Positions 30,333-46,257 of a DNA stretch of 64,000 bases are shown piece after piece. Made by a program: the position numbers and the translations under genes. Location: the NCBI GenBank assembly GCA_964016885.1, contig CAXHJY010000680.1, positions 17,744-81,743 of the forward strand, in the 5' to 3' direction. Numbering within the stretch: the first letter of the stretch is position 1; every line of letters starts with the position of its first letter. The notes below the pieces were generated by a model. The model made no database searches. It worked only from the letters and a program-made list of their open reading frames with translations, and was not told where the DNA came from. This stretch comes from Eledone cirrhosa. Taxonomy: Eukaryota.

Positions 30333-31714
30333 TGTATGTATGTATATATATATGTATGTGTATACATATATATATATATATAATATGCATAATACACAGC
30401 TTAGTTTTCTTCTCAGGGCTATACAACCCTAATTATACTTTAGGGATTCTTGGAACACTGATTTCTCCATTAGCCGTTCTTCCTTGGGTAATGCAGCTGT
30501 GGTGGCGGTTTATGATGATGTTAGTGGTGGTGGTGGTGGTGGTGGTGGTGGTGGTGTAGTGGTGGTGGTGGTGGTGGTGGTGGTGGTGGTGGTGGTGGTA
30601 ATGGCAGCAGTGGTTGTCTTCAGGGAAGGTATAGAGCCTTAAGAAGACGGCGACATACATAGCAATACATAGCTGGATAATGCAAGACATTGTAAGACAG
30701 TACAAGAAAAGGTAAAACGCAGCAAGACTGTGGTGCAAGAATGTAGAAGAGAAGGCAATGCAGGACTGTGGAGCAAAAGAAAGGCAAGAAAATAGGAGAA
30801 AATAAGAGAATACGAGAGAAAGAAAAAAAGAGGAAGCAACGCATTTCAGGCAATTAGCAGCAATGGCGGTTATAAGAGACGCCGCGAGAATGTTGGGACG
30901 TGTAACTACACCCTCGGGGGTTGACAGTTAACTAAAGATTGATCAATGAGTTGAGGTTGAAGGAGAGGGAGAGGTAGACAGACAGAGAAAGGGGTAGATA
31001 CAGAGAAAAGAGTGACGGGCAGCGGATGGACACAAAGAAAAAGGTATACAGAAATAGAGAAAGAGAGAGGTGGGTTAAACAGTGGCGTAGAAAGACAGAC
31101 AGGAACAGGGAGAGGGGTAAACTGGGAGGAAGATATAAAGATAGAGGGTACACAGAGAGAAAAGTAAAGAGAGAAGGGGAGAAAAAGAGACAGACAGAGT
31201 AAGAAGTACAGAGAAAGTGTTGGTGGTGGTATTGATGGTGATGATGGTGGTAATTATGGTGACAGTGGTGGTCATGATGGTGGTGGTAAGAATTTAAATA
31301 TACTTCTGTGTTCATGCCTCTATACGGCAATTAATTTAAGTAACTAATGGTGTTATTAAGTCTGCCGTACCACAGACTACACCACCACCGCCACCAAAAG
31401 CACAGGCAAAACCACCATCACAACTACCAACACAAACAGCAGCACCTGCACCACAACCAGCAATGGCGGCAACACACCCACCAGCACTGGATGCACCAAA
31501 ATCACTACAAAGACCACCACCGTCAGTAGCAGCAAAATCAGACAGACCACCACAAATACCAGCGTGACCACAACCAACAACACGGCAACAACCACCAATA
31601 GCACCAATACAAACGATACCACATCTAAAGAGAAAAAATAGATTAATCATAAATGATTATTCAGGATTCAAAAAAATTAATCCACAATTAACCGTTACAT
31701 TAAATCCATCCCTA

Positions 31715-31990
31715 TCACTAAACCTAACCCAAACAGCAACTCCAAGCACAAAACTAACCCTAACCCTAACCCCGAGACCGAACCTAACCCTAAACCTAAC
31801 CCTGACACTGACCCTAACTCTAACACTAACCCAACCCTCAACACCAACCTAAACACCAACCCAACACTAAACCTAAACCTAACCCTAAAACTAACACCGA
31901 CCCCACCCATAACCTTAATCCTAGCCCTAACTCTAAACCTAACCATAACCCTAACCCTAGCACTAACCCTAACCGTAACACTAAACCTAT
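31715..31990. repeat. Degenerate (TAACCC)n telomere-like hexamer array
   Basis: A 6-bp period with several exact taaccctaacc runs. Confidence 0.8.
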
Positions 31991-32035
31991 TCAAACCGCA
32001 GCTCCAAGGTTAAAGTGTTTCCTGTATTTCCTGTA

Positions 32036-32482
32036 TTTCACCCTTAACGGGATCTTCTGAAACTAAAAAAAAAATCAATCTGTGAACGCAGAAGTAAATA
32101 TTTCGAAAAACGTTGCAACGAAGGAAGACAGGAAGACGATACTTTGGTTCGTGGAAACGTTCCCTGGCAAAGAATGGGAAAAAACGAAGATAATACATCA
32201 TTATTTGGAACGGTGAGAACACTTACACGCAAAGACGTAGGGCCTACATAGGGTTAACCGCCAATAGATTCAAGCAGCGTCTTTACATGCATACCCATTC
32301 TTTTCTTAACCCTTTAAGAAGGAATATGACGTCACTTTCAGCTTATATCTGGAGTCTAAAAGACAACCACACCCAATATAGGTTACACTGGGAGATCCTA
32401 GCTAAGGCTAGATCGTATAACGGAAATAAAAGAAATGAAAGCAACGATTCTTTGCTTAAACTTGAATCTGTTATTTTAATAT
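32036..32482 (+). mobile_element. Rearranged Penelope-like fragment: inverted 3' UTR piece, GIY-YIG segment and 3' end
   Basis: Peptide RRAYIGLTANRFKQRLYMHTHSF.....NMTSLSAYIWSLKD......HWEILAKARSYNG at ~32236-32424. The flanks match the 712-886 family. Confidence 0.85.
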
Positions 32483-32560
32483 ATATATATATTTTTAATA
32501 TATATATATACTTTTAATATATATATATATATTTAATATATATATATATATATATTTAAT

Positions 32561-33183
32561 TCGAACGGTTAAATGAACACTGGCGAGAGCTTCAAGATAA
32601 TAAAGAATCATCAATACTCCACCAACATGCTAAAATAGAACATAAGGGCAAATTAGAGAACATAGAAATAAAAATAGAATCTACATACAGAAAAGACGCA
32701 ATGTTTAGACAAATCACAGAGGCAATAAACATAAATGAACTCCAACCAAAATTAAATAGAAAACATGAATGGAATAGCAACATCACAACTTACAATTAAG
32801 GACAAAATGAAAACACACACACACATAGAAAAACAACCAACCAGTAACATGTAAATAAACAAATAAAAACACACACAGACACCCGGATGTAACACATGCG
32901 CAAACTAAGCACACAACACACACAAAAACAAGTTGCCGTAGGACAGAACAAAGGAGAAGCACAAAACAAAGAAAAGAATCCCCAGTCACTGAAGAGGTCA
33001 GAGAATGTGTGACGAAAGAACTTTGACAATATATGAACAACCGTCCGGTTGTGGAACCAACCAACCAACCGGAAATTTATAAATTCTTAAATTTATAAAT
33101 TTAATTTATAATAAATTGGAGTGAAAGCAACTGGTGCGTGTGTTTCTTATTGGCAACATGACCCTCCCAAAGTATAACAATAT
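32561..33183 (+). mobile_element. Penelope-like element 3' fragment with GIY-YIG C-terminus and hammerhead (32985-33027)
   Basis: Peptide ERLNEHWRELQDNKESSILHQHAKIEHKGKLENIEIKIESTYRKDAMFRQITEAININELQPKLNRKHEW, read manually and absent from the ORF track. HHR-like GTCA CTGAAGA G-GTCA..TGAC GAAA GAAC TT TGAC. Confidence 0.87.
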
Positions 33184-33720
33184 CGGTTTCAACACACGTT
33201 TTCAGATAAATAATCTTGCTAAATAAATTCAGAAACGATATATATATTTATATATATATATATTCAAATAATTACTGCATTAATTATTTCAATAAAGTAA
33301 TCTACGGAGGTTTATTCTTAAGCCTGTTTTTTTTTTAAAAAAAAAAGGATGCAGTTTTAAAAGAAAAATGACGGTATTTAAAATGACGATGTTGCTTTTT
33401 AAAGGATGTTTTATACATTATTCATTGATAAAACTACAGAAAAAGACTTTAAGCAACTTAGAGAACTAAAGATTTTATAAATAAATCGTGTAAACTCTAG
33501 AATGATGACAGACCAATCACTTATATGCTAACCTGACAAGATCGTTTGATTTCTAGTCAGATACGTGATTGTTAAAAATTTTACACATATATACATATAC
33601 ATATATAGATACAGACACGCACACACGCACACACATATATATATATATGTAAATATATGTACCTATATATATTTATATATATAAATATATATATATATGT
33701 ATATGTGTATGTATATATAC

Positions 33721-33792
<72 letters not shown>

Positions 33793-33842
33793 GTATATAT
33801 ACGTATATATATATATATATACATATATACATATATATGTAT

Positions 33843-33896
<54 letters not shown>

Positions 33897-34334
33897 AAAC
33901 AATAAAAATAAGAAAAAAGACCGTTCTTCCTAAAAGACTGTGGAAAGTAGTAGGTCTTATATGAAGGATAAGATATTTGTCGACAAGTGACAAAGTTATC
34001 AAGGCATAAACCAAAAGGTAGTAATGCCCCACACAGAAACTTATGAGTCAGTAGGAATGTATTTAGAGATTCTCCAAGACATTAATCTTGTTATTTTGAA
34101 GGCATAATTCGTCTCAAAATTATAGGTTCCATTATAAAATCTATTACTAAGTAGATCTGATCTTTCTAAGATATATGCAATTACAAGGGAAATCTTACAC
34201 TACAGCAGCTGGTGGGTCTTCTCGCTCTCTCTCTCTCTCTCTCTCTCTACTTCATCGTGGTCATCATCGTCATCGTCATCATAATCATCGTCATCACCAG
34301 CATTGTCGTCGTCATCATCATCATAATAATAATT

Positions 34335-34488
34335 GTTTCTACTTTTGGCACAAGGCCAGCAATTAAATAAAGTGTATTACTGGTACTTTATTTTATCGAC
34401 CCCACAAGGATGAAAGGCAAACTTAACCTCGGCGGGATTTGAACTCAGACCGTAAAACATGGCGTCCGACTCTCTACTGATACTGCCA
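34335..34488 (-). mobile_element. Octopus-type SINE fragment; tandem copies also at 43588-43890 (+) and 52945-53270 (-)
   Basis: Family motif ggcacaaggccagcaatt..tactggtactttattttatcgaccc..aggatgaaaggcaaa.ttaacctcggcgggatttgaactcag. Confidence 0.85.
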
Positions 34489-35139
34489 TGAAGTTATTGT
34501 GTACAGTGCTCAGGTGCACTACAACTCATCAAAGGTGGATGTATAGTACGTAGGGTAATGTACAAATGTCAGGAAAATGAATAGTGTATGAATCGTGATA
34601 TACATGTGTTCGTGTGTATGGAGGGGTGATATCAGGTATAATGTTGGAGAATTTCAGGAACCATGGAGGTTTTCTTCTTCTTCTTCTTCTTCTTCTTCTT
34701 CTTCTTCTTCTTCTTCTTCTTCTTCTTCTTCTTCTTCTTCTTCTTCTTCTTCTTCTTCTTCTTCTTCTTCTTCTTCTGCTGCTTCTTCTTCTTCTTCTTC
34801 TTCTTATAAATAAAATCATCATTATTATTATTATTATTATTGCACAACGCCCTCTTAGAGACAGAATTTGGCTGTTTTAACGGTTTTCTAACGATGAGTT
34901 TTCTTATTTTTATACGTATTCAAATACACCGTAGCTTCGTCTAAGTCAGAGACAACAATGATTTCATTTAACTTTATTATAGTTATGATTGGCTTTCTCT
35001 GTAGTACAGACACCACAGCTTCAGGTCCGCTATCCTGTTAGTTTTCATTTCTTTGTTTTATTTCGTCCTTCTATCTGCGCTGATTGTTTTATCACACACC
35101 TCATACCAGCAGAAAGATTTATTTTTCTCTCTACGACTG

Positions 35140-35239
35140 ACATCTCTCTCTCTCTCTCCCCTCTCCCCGTCTCTCTCTCTCTCATCCCCCCCCTCTCTCT
35201 CTCTCTCCTTTCCCACTCTCTCTCTTGATTCATATCGCA

Positions 35240-35289
<50 letters not shown>

Positions 35290-35457
35290 ACCACTACTAC
35301 TGGCTTCAAATCGTGATCTTCACCAGTGATAGAACCTGCTCTCCCGTGCTGTATATTGTAACATTGGGGTGTCCACATCTTCTCTCTCTCTCCCCTTCCC
35401 CCTCTCTCTCTTTATTTATCTCCCACTGTCTCTTCCTCTCACTTTCTTGATTCATCT

Positions 35458-35532
<75 letters not shown>

Positions 35533-35600
35533 TCTCTCCTTACCACTACTACTAGCTTCAAATCGTGATCTTCACCAGTGATAGAACCTGCTCTCCCGTG
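35140..35600. repeat. ~250-bp tandem duplication with differently expanded CT/TA tracts
   Basis: taccactactact.gcttcaaatcgtgatcttcaccagtgatagaacctgctctcccgtg occurs at ~35289 and ~35542. Confidence 0.85.
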
Positions 35601-35944
35601 TTGTGCCTTCTAACAAATTACCTCTGGTCGTGCACTTGACTTCCATTGACATCCTATCTAATCTATTAGCGATAATTGTTTTAAGTTCGATCTTTTATCT
35701 CTGTGATTGTAGTGATTGTTATACGGTACACGGCCTTCTAGTAATGTTGCAAGTCTTCTTTAATCAGTCTTATGGAAACTACAAACAATTCGCTAATTTA
35801 TAATTCTAATAATGATAATAATAATAATGATAATGATAAAAATGATAATGATAATGATACTAATAATAATTCTATTTAGCACTACACTTAATTGTCGACA
35901 ATATATTAATTTGGTAACGAACACCACACATACACACATATATG

Positions 35945-36061
<117 letters not shown>

Positions 36062-36063
36062 AT

Positions 36064-36098
<35 letters not shown>

Positions 36099-36803
36099 AT
36101 GTGTGTGTATGAGTGTGTGTGTGTGTGTGTATAAATGTAAACATATATGTATGCATGTATAATGTATATATGTGTATATATATATATGTGTGTGTGTATG
36201 TGTGTGTGTATGTGTGTGTGTATGTGTGTGTATGAGTGTGTGTGTGTATAAATGTAAACATATATGTATGCATGTATAATGTATATATGTGTATATATAT
36301 ATGTGTGTGTGTATGTGTGTGTGTGTGTGTGTGTGTATGTGTGTATAAATGTAAACATATATGTATGCATGTATAATGTATAATGTGTATATGTGTATAT
36401 ATATATGTGTGAGTGTGTGTGTGTATGTGTGTGTGTATAAATGTAAACATATATGTATGCATGTATAATGTATATATGTGTGTGTGGCTGTATAAATACA
36501 AAGTGTCCAAATATTTATTAGAACTTAATCTTAAATAGAATTTAATTTCAACATTATTGGATAACAATGCAAATTATTAATTTCGTTATTATGTCTTTCA
36601 TTTAGGGCGTTGGGTTTGCAGAATCGGTAGAGCGACAGAGAAAATGATTTGCAGTATCTTCTTAACTTCTGAGTTCAAATCACGCCGAGCTAAACTTTGC
36701 CTTTCATCTTTCTGGCGTCGATAAAATAATTGTTTCTTCTTTTGTCACAAGACCAGCAATTATCCCAGTGCATACACCCCCCCTCCACACACACACACAT
36801 ACG

Positions 36804-36853
<50 letters not shown>

Positions 36854-36867
36854 CATATATATAGATA

Positions 36868-37025
36868 TACATGCTGTGGCACGCCGCCCAGGCTTTGCTC
36901 TTCCTCTCAACCACATCATCTTCCGTATTCCTGATCTTTGCTCCCAAATACAGGAAGTCCTCACCCAAATCTAGCGGCTTCCCGCCTACATTACTGATCC
37001 CCTCTGGCTTCTCAACATTCTCTAC
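36868..37025 (-). mobile_element. LINE reverse transcriptase thumb-region fragment
   Basis: EDFLYLGAKIRNTEDDVVERKSKAWAAC matches the F.YLG..I....D...R..KAW motif of RTE-like RTs. It abuts (TA)n. Confidence 0.8.
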
Positions 37026-37540
37026 CAGATATTAGTATAATTAGCTCAAACATAACCAAATACAAAAGATATTAAAAATTTCACGGTATTTAATTGGTCG
37101 CTTCTATTTGACTTAATATTTGAAAACAACGTCCCTTTCTTCTTTCTTTCTTTCTTTCATTCTTTCCTTTTTGCAGTTACGTCTTCCCTCTTCTCTCTTC
37201 TATCTCTCTCTCTCTCCTTCTTCTATCTTCTCTTCTTTTTCTCTCTTCTTCTTTCTTCTCTTCTATCTCTCTCTCTCTCTCTCTCTTCCTTTTCTCCCTA
37301 ACACATTTAAATATTTAAATATTTATGTACGTATGTGTTTATTTATTTCTTCTTACATTTTCTCATACTCACCCCCTCCTTATACTTATGTCTCGCTCCA
37401 CATCCTCTTCTTCATCATATTTAAGTTTATCATGTTATTATTTGTGTATATAAATATTGAAATTTGTTGTAATAAATCACTGCCAATACTGGAATTAAAC
37501 CATCAAGACCGTTGAGGTATGTCATACATCAATTCATATA

Positions 37541-37602
37541 TTTTATCTGATGAGGACGTACTGAAAAAACAGCACAGTACCTCCGAAATATATATAATAA
37601 AA
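37541..37602 (+). ncRNA. Minimal type I hammerhead with a canonical core
   Basis: TTTTAT CTGATGA GGACGTACTG..CAGTACCTCC GAAA TATATA TA ATAAAA. Confidence 0.85.
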
Positions 37603-37745
37603 CATATATTTTGATTCTGTGAACGTCTTCATTTATTATTATTTTGAATAATATTAATAACTCCAGAAAACTTCACTGTAGAGTGCTTTGAATCTATTGT
37701 AAAACTATATTCATTGAGTAATCAATGAACCATATTAATATTTGG

Positions 37746-37805
<60 letters not shown>

Positions 37806-38525
37806 TGTATACATATATTCGTTTATATGCAAATATATTTACCTTTATCTTTTTGATCGTATGAACAGTGTGTATATGTTTACGCGCCGGGAGCTGAGCA
37901 TCTGTATGTGTTTGTGTACATATTTATGTGTGTATGTGTACGTTTGATTGTTCGTACATATGTCTGACATGTTCCATGTAAGCGTGTAGATGTATGTGTG
38001 AATGTATGTGCCTCAGACTCTGCGAATCTGTGTATATGTGTGAATATGCGTATATGCATATGTGTCTGTCTGCATCAGAATCAGTAAGTGTGTGTTTGTA
38101 CGTGCATGTTTCTTTTGTATATTGTTTATTTGTGTGTATATGTTTGTGTGTGCGTATGTGTATGTGTTTGTGTGTGTATATGAGTACGTGTGAATGTTTA
38201 TATGCCTGTATTTGAAACGGTGCGTCTTCGTCTATATGTGTGTATCTGTATGTGAGTGTGTATGTGTGTATGTGTGTGTGTGAGGAGTGTGTGAGGAGGA
38301 CAGGGTAGGTTAGCAGCAAATCTGCCAAGTGTAGACATGGAGAAATAAGAAAGATCACACCCCGATAACAAAATGGTAAGACAATCGATGGAAGCGGTGC
38401 CAAAGTATTCTAGAAAGTTCTCAAGAATCATGGGTGAGAAAAATCCGTCGAAAGTTGTTAATTAGTAGATTTGATTACAAAAGAAAATAAAAATATACAT
38501 ATCTGAATTTATACATACATACATA

Positions 38526-38604
<79 letters not shown>

Positions 38605-38744
38605 GTGTGTGTAAATGTAAATGTATGATTGTGTATTTATTACGAGATTAGAATGTATATACATATGTACATACATGTGTATATATGCATGTATGTATAG
38701 ATGTTTGTATTAAACTTATGTATTATTTATATTATATATATACA

Positions 38745-38851
<107 letters not shown>

Positions 38852-38869
38852 ATATATATATATATATAT

Positions 38870-38927
<58 letters not shown>

Positions 38928-39450
38928 TGTATATATTATTTCTGTTTAACACCACGTAACCACATAACCTCCTTGTTAAGTACGCTGCAAGACGTATATA
39001 GGCGCGAACTTGCATCAAGCTGGCGTTTATTAATTTGCCGAGGTTTTTAGGTTTCGTCAATCTTTTGTTATCGTTGCTGTCTCTCTGTTGTACCTTTGTC
39101 TTAATATTATTTTGAATAGTGTTTGTTATTTGTCTCTGTTACTTCTATTGTATTTTGTTGTTGCCGTTGTTGTTATTCCTGTTATTATTTTTGTTGTTGT
39201 TATTGTTGTTAATGTTGTTTTAATGTTTATATATGTTGCTGCTTGGTGTTAGTGTTCTTGTTTTAGTCGTGGTTGTATTGGTGTTGTAAGTGTTGATGAT
39301 AGTGTTGTAAGTGTTTGTGTTACTTTAGTAAGTGTTAGAGTTGGTGCTGGTGTTCGTATTGGTGTTCGAATTGGTGTTGCAGTTTGTGTTGCTGGGGTGC
39401 TGAATTTCATTCTTATCTTTTTCATTTGCGAAATTGCGGTTGTTCTGTAA

Positions 39451-39544
<94 letters not shown>

Positions 39545-39690
39545 CATATGTATATATATAAGTAAGTTTATTTTGAAACAGCAAGCGTAGTTTGTCACCT
39601 AGTAGAAATAAAAGCTTTCGTTGTATTTTTGTCTAAGGAAATTTTAGCCTGATAGTGGGGTTTAAAACCCTTTAAAAATAGAAAGGATGA

Positions 39691-39760
<70 letters not shown>

Positions 39761-40325
39761 TTTTCGGAAGGTTACTTTGTTTTGTGGTTAGTATGTTAGG
39801 ACACAATCGTAAGAACGTAGGTCGTTAAGTTCAATTCTATGAACAGTCGACACGTTTTATGTATGAACAGAACACTTTATTTCACGTTGTTCCGACACCA
39901 CTCACTCAACTGGGAAAAATGAGTTCCAGATTCACTGGTGCCAAGCTGAACATCATTGGTTGCATGAAAATGGGAGACTGGCCTGCATAAATGACTGCTA
40001 GTCCAACACAAAATATCGTAGAAAGTACTATCTTGGACTTGTGTTTTTTACAATAGGCTCGGTTTAACCAAGGCATAGTGGGTAAAATTGGAATGAGGTA
40101 AACTAGGAATTAGTTGTCTACTTTACCCTATTTCCGTGGTATTCAACAGACAGAAAATCCGTAACGTGTTTTCCTTTGTATTCAAATACATTCATTTAGA
40201 CATAAATATGGACGCTTGAAACACGTTTATATAAAGAGCAAATAGATAAACAAATAGATAGACAATAGATAGATAGACAATAGGTAGATAGACAGACATT
40301 CAGATAGATAGAAAAACAGACATTC

Positions 40326-40385
<60 letters not shown>

Positions 40386-40498
40386 TACAAAGAAAGCAAT
40401 GTGTTTGTCTGTGTTTATCAGTATGTAATAATGTACCTATGTATGTATGTATATGTATGCATGTAAGTATATATAAATTTGTATATATATATATATAT

Positions 40499-40563
<65 letters not shown>

Positions 40564-40565
40564 CA

Positions 40566-40672
<107 letters not shown>

Positions 40673-40745
40673 GTGTATGTGTGTGTGTGTATGTATATTT
40701 ATATGTATATATATGCATATGTATACACACGCATATATACATATG

Positions 40746-40848
<103 letters not shown>

Positions 40849-40902
40849 ATATATCCTATTATATCATATATTTATATATATGTATATATCTTTATATATA
40901 TA

Positions 40903-41262
40903 AATAAAAATAGACAAGGGTTAAAATGTCCTCTTCAGTAGTCTTCTGATTTATTGTTGGTATTTCGACGCATTAAAGACTAGATACCTAAAATCAGTGC
41001 GAGTGATAACTGAATTAAGTTATCGGGACAGTGGGAAAAGACTTATGCCCACGTGATTCATTGACTTGTCTCTATTTTCCCCTCTTTTCGTTGCATACCA
41101 CCATGTTTTTGTTTCCTTCCCTCCGTTTTCCCACTGTCCCGATAACTTAATTCAGTTATCGCTCGCACTGATTTTAGGTATCGAGTCTTTAATGCGTCGA
41201 AATACCAACAATAAATCAGAAGACTACTGAAGAGGACATTTTAACCCTTGTCTATTTTTATT
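40903..41262. mobile_element. ~136-bp near-perfect inverted repeat with a ~86-bp spacer, TA-flanked
   Basis: Arms 40903-41039 and 41126-41262, with two mismatches seen. They contain CTGAAGA GGACA..TGTC (5' half of an HHR only). Confidence 0.9.
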
Positions 41263-41308
41263 CATATATTCATGTTCGCAACAACGCAGCACGCCATTTT
41301 TCATTCAC

Positions 41309-41357
<49 letters not shown>

Positions 41358-41406
41358 CATATATATATATATATATCCTATTATATCATATATATGTATA
41401 TATGTG

Positions 41407-41508
<102 letters not shown>

Positions 41509-41602
41509 CACATATATACATATATATATGATATAACAGATTATATATATACATATATATATATCCTGTTATATCATATATATATGTATATATGTGTATA
41601 TG

Positions 41603-41638
<36 letters not shown>

Positions 41639-41660
41639 CATATATATATGTATATATATG

Positions 41661-41713
<53 letters not shown>

Positions 41714-41850
41714 ACATATACACATATATACATATATATATGATATAACAGGATATATATATATCTATATATATGATATAACAGGTATATAATTATATGA
41801 TATACACACATATATATATATAAATGCATACATATATATCCTATTATATC

Positions 41851-41931
<81 letters not shown>

Positions 41932-42362
41932 GAAGTGTTTCTGTGTTAGGATTAATCGCCATGATGGAGGTATAAACCCATTCACATGTTTAATAGTTTT
42001 CGCCGTAATTGCACATTTCAAATTTCGTTGACCTTGTGATCCCAATCGTAATACTCATCGACCCCAAGTGAGGTCATGACCTTTCACTGAGAAGCTTCAC
42101 TTTCAAATATATGATAAAAACGGGATCACCACCAGGCTCTTTCGCTTCCATATTTGAATATATTTAGCAAGTGTAGATTTGAGATTACTAATAAACAAAT
42201 ACGTTGATAATGGGTTCAACTCTTACAGGACGCGCTATTTTTTCCTGGTTTATTAATTTGCTAGATGATTCAACGTACAGCTGATTCAATGTACGGAGAT
42301 CAGGTCTAGTTAATTATGAAAATCGTTAGAGCGACGATCAAAATGTTTTGAATTACATTATA

Positions 42363-42447
42363 TACGAGGGATGGTTGAAACGTTCATTGGCTGATCAAGA
42401 TATTCCCATGGAATGACCAAATGAGGTTTATTTTTCAACATAGTCCA
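42363..42447 (+). mobile_element. Mariner-like terminal fragment
   Basis: ta-cgaggg.atggttgaaacgttc...tttttcaacatagtcc resembles mariner TIR ends. No partner end was found. Confidence 0.5.
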
Positions 42448-42507
42448 TGGAAAGAAACAATGCAGTTAGTAATGAGAAGAGCTAAAATCAATGCATATAT
42501 ATATGCA

Positions 42508-42632
<125 letters not shown>

Positions 42633-44248
42633 ATTTGTTTTGATTAAGCATAAGTTTGGAAGAGGTGAGTGAGAAATAGTCGATTGAGTAGAGCGACCCT
42701 GAAAGAGTATGTGATCACTGGATTTGAACTTCGAACACAGAATGTCAAGACTGGTTCAACTCTCCAACGGTTCAACCACATCATTGTCTTCTGTTTACAT
42801 ATGTATTAATTAGATTTCATTTTATTATGAAAACCTCACTCATCAAATGAATTGACTTTCCAAACTGCTTCTACGAAATCTAATATACACAACCTATCGA
42901 TATTTAGTTGGCTATCACAGACACCATAGCTGCAACTGAAATCGTTAAATTTGAATCAATAGTACTTTGGAATCGATAATACGAAATTTGTAATGTCTAA
43001 TTAGCATTTGGAATCAGTAAATATTAGATTGGAATCGGTAATTATCAGCTGTGAATTTTGATGACATTCAGTGTGAGGTTATTGGCTTCTCGTAGGACCT
43101 CCTCTCTTTGGTTTAGCGAAGAATGCAAACCATGTTCGATGCACGGTACTCGTGTCTGTTTGGTGCTGGTCATCTCTGCAACAAATGCCGTGAGAATTGT
43201 CACATCTGTCATTACCATTTATATAATTAACTATTCAAGACATCGCCAAACTTGTGATTACAGTTGAAATGTAATAAAAGACTAATGGTTAAACCGGTGC
43301 TTTACATTTGTTTAGCGAGAAACAAGAGATCACCTCATCGTCCGTCCGTCCGTATCATAGACTACACCCCCCCCCCCATTACCACTACAACACATACACA
43401 CATACACACACAAACACACACACAAACACACACACAAACACACATACAATCACACACAAGCGCACATACAATCACACACACACAAGCGCACATACACACA
43501 CACATAAAAACACACGCACCCCCCCCCCCACACACACACACATTCCACCAACAAACTAACTTCTGTTTCACTCTCAATATAACTTCTGTGGTGGTAAATC
43601 GGTAGACCGTCGGACAACATGCTTTATGGCATAGTGTTATGCTCCTTTACGATCTGAGTTTAAATCCCGCCGAGGTTAACTTTGCCTTTCATCCTTACGG
43701 GATTGATAAAATAAAGTACCAGTAATACACTGGTGTAATTGCTAGCCTTGTGCCAAAAGTAGAAACAATAATTGTGATACCATAACAACCAACTTACTAT
43801 GTAGTACCAGTAATGCACTGTGGTCTATGTAATCTACTTTCCCCTCCCCCCAAAATTGTTGGCCTTGTGCCTAAATCAGAAACCAATATATTATATTTCT
43901 GTGGCTTCTAATGTTAGGAGAGAGCGAGGAAATAAAAACGAACCTCAATAAAATATTGTGTTTTTATCCGTAACTCTTAATGGAGTCGTAGCATATGTCT
44001 CTTCTTGGGGCAGCATTTTAAACTCTGAGGAGACCATACAATCACCAAATCGTGAAACAACCGCTTTATTCTAGACAAGGAGAGTGATAGAAAAGAAGTG
44101 AGAAAAAGGTATAGAGGAAGAGTCGACCCACTAGCCCTGTACAAGTAGCGTTTATAGAAATTAAAGAAATTAAAGATGCCTGTACTCTATTAACGTATTG
44201 AGTACCTTTTTTTTAACTGTAGTCACCTCGTAGTATCCATCGGGAATC

Positions 44249-44314
<66 letters not shown>

Positions 44315-44701
44315 CATACATATGTATAAATATAGATTTTGCGAGAATCGCATTTCGGCGGGTAGAAAAGGCGAAACGAAACGCAAAAATCAGAAATAAT
44401 GGTGGCAAGAGCTCCGTAGTTAAAAAACCAGAGCTAAACAATATGTTAAGAGGCCATACAAAACTGAAAAAGTGGTCAAGAAAGCATCAACCACCTAAGC
44501 CAAAAAGCAAATGAAGCTAATCAGGTCAAAACAAAATAAATGATAAAAAAACACAAACCTGGACCCGTGGGAATTGATGTTAAAATCCAAATGCAGGGTT
44601 TCTATGACACCTAAATCATAATACTGTCTGCTTAAAAATATAAGCTTTAGGTATAATGATCGAACAGGGAATGTCACGTTATCAACAGGTATTTTGCTCT
44701 G

Positions 44702-44765
<64 letters not shown>

Positions 44766-44802
44766 ATATATATATACGTATATATGTATGTATGTATATA
44801 TG

Positions 44803-44883
<81 letters not shown>

Positions 44884-44895
44884 TATATATTTGTG

Positions 44896-44933
<38 letters not shown>

Positions 44934-44936
44934 CAC

Positions 44937-44983
<47 letters not shown>

Positions 44984-45008
44984 CATATATATATATATAC
45001 ATATATAT

Positions 45009-45040
<32 letters not shown>

Positions 45041-45216
45041 GTAGGTACGTGTGGGTGTTGGCTGTTGTCAGATATAATAAAATAGATGGTACATAATGCA
45101 AACGTGTATTATCCAATAAAAAACACATAACAATAACAAGATGCATAAAAACAGACATTCGTTAATAATAGATATTCTAGCATTACTTCTGATAATGTTA
45201 TCAAATATCGTTCTAC

Positions 45217-45374
<158 letters not shown>

Positions 45375-45610
45375 ATATATATAAATATGTATATATGTAT
45401 GTATATATATATGTATATACATATATGTATATATATGTATATATGTATGTATGTATATATGTATATACATATATGTATATATATGTATATATGTATGTAT
45501 GTATATATGTATGTATATATATATATATATATATATAGGTATTTGAAGGCTTGTACATAAGCTTCTACCTACATATGTGTTAGTGAGTATCTACATAGCC
45601 ATATGTACAA

Positions 45611-45641
<31 letters not shown>

Positions 45642-46183
45642 CACACTTATACACACACTTATACACACACACACACATATATATATACACACACACACAT
45701 ATATATATATATATACATACATATATACATACATACATATATACATACATACATATATTCATACATATATACATACATATATACATATATACATAATATA
45801 CATATATAAAATATAATAAATATAAATTATAGATGAATTAAAATAAACAAAGAAGAAAACCCCAATAACATCTCGTAGTATATAAAATATTATTATCTTT
45901 AGTAATAAATGATATAAAATATTTCGTTTATTGCCGAAAATCAAATGATTTGGCAATGTAGAAGTCGATGAAATCGTCTGCTCCTGAAAGCGTCAAACAT
46001 GGCCTATGATTTACTCCATATATAACATACATTAGTTGAAATTGTTATCATCATTAACATTGTTATTATTAGTATTATTATTATCATTATTACATTTATT
46101 ATTACAATTGTTGCTGTTAGGTATTTCTTCGTTTCTTTTCGCTGTTATTTCGTGGTTATTAAATACTAAACATGCACACATAC

Positions 46184-46257
<74 letters not shown>

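Noticed and set aside
38940-39065. Minus-strand TTGACGA-AACCT; similar partial cores at ~33975-34003 and ~62970-63068
   Set aside because: No properly placed GAAA-stem III-UH. At most these are relics.
43050-43220. Unique-sequence short ORFs here and at 49030-49250, 59462-59500 and 60109-60228
   Set aside because: No recognisable homology and no paired splice sites.
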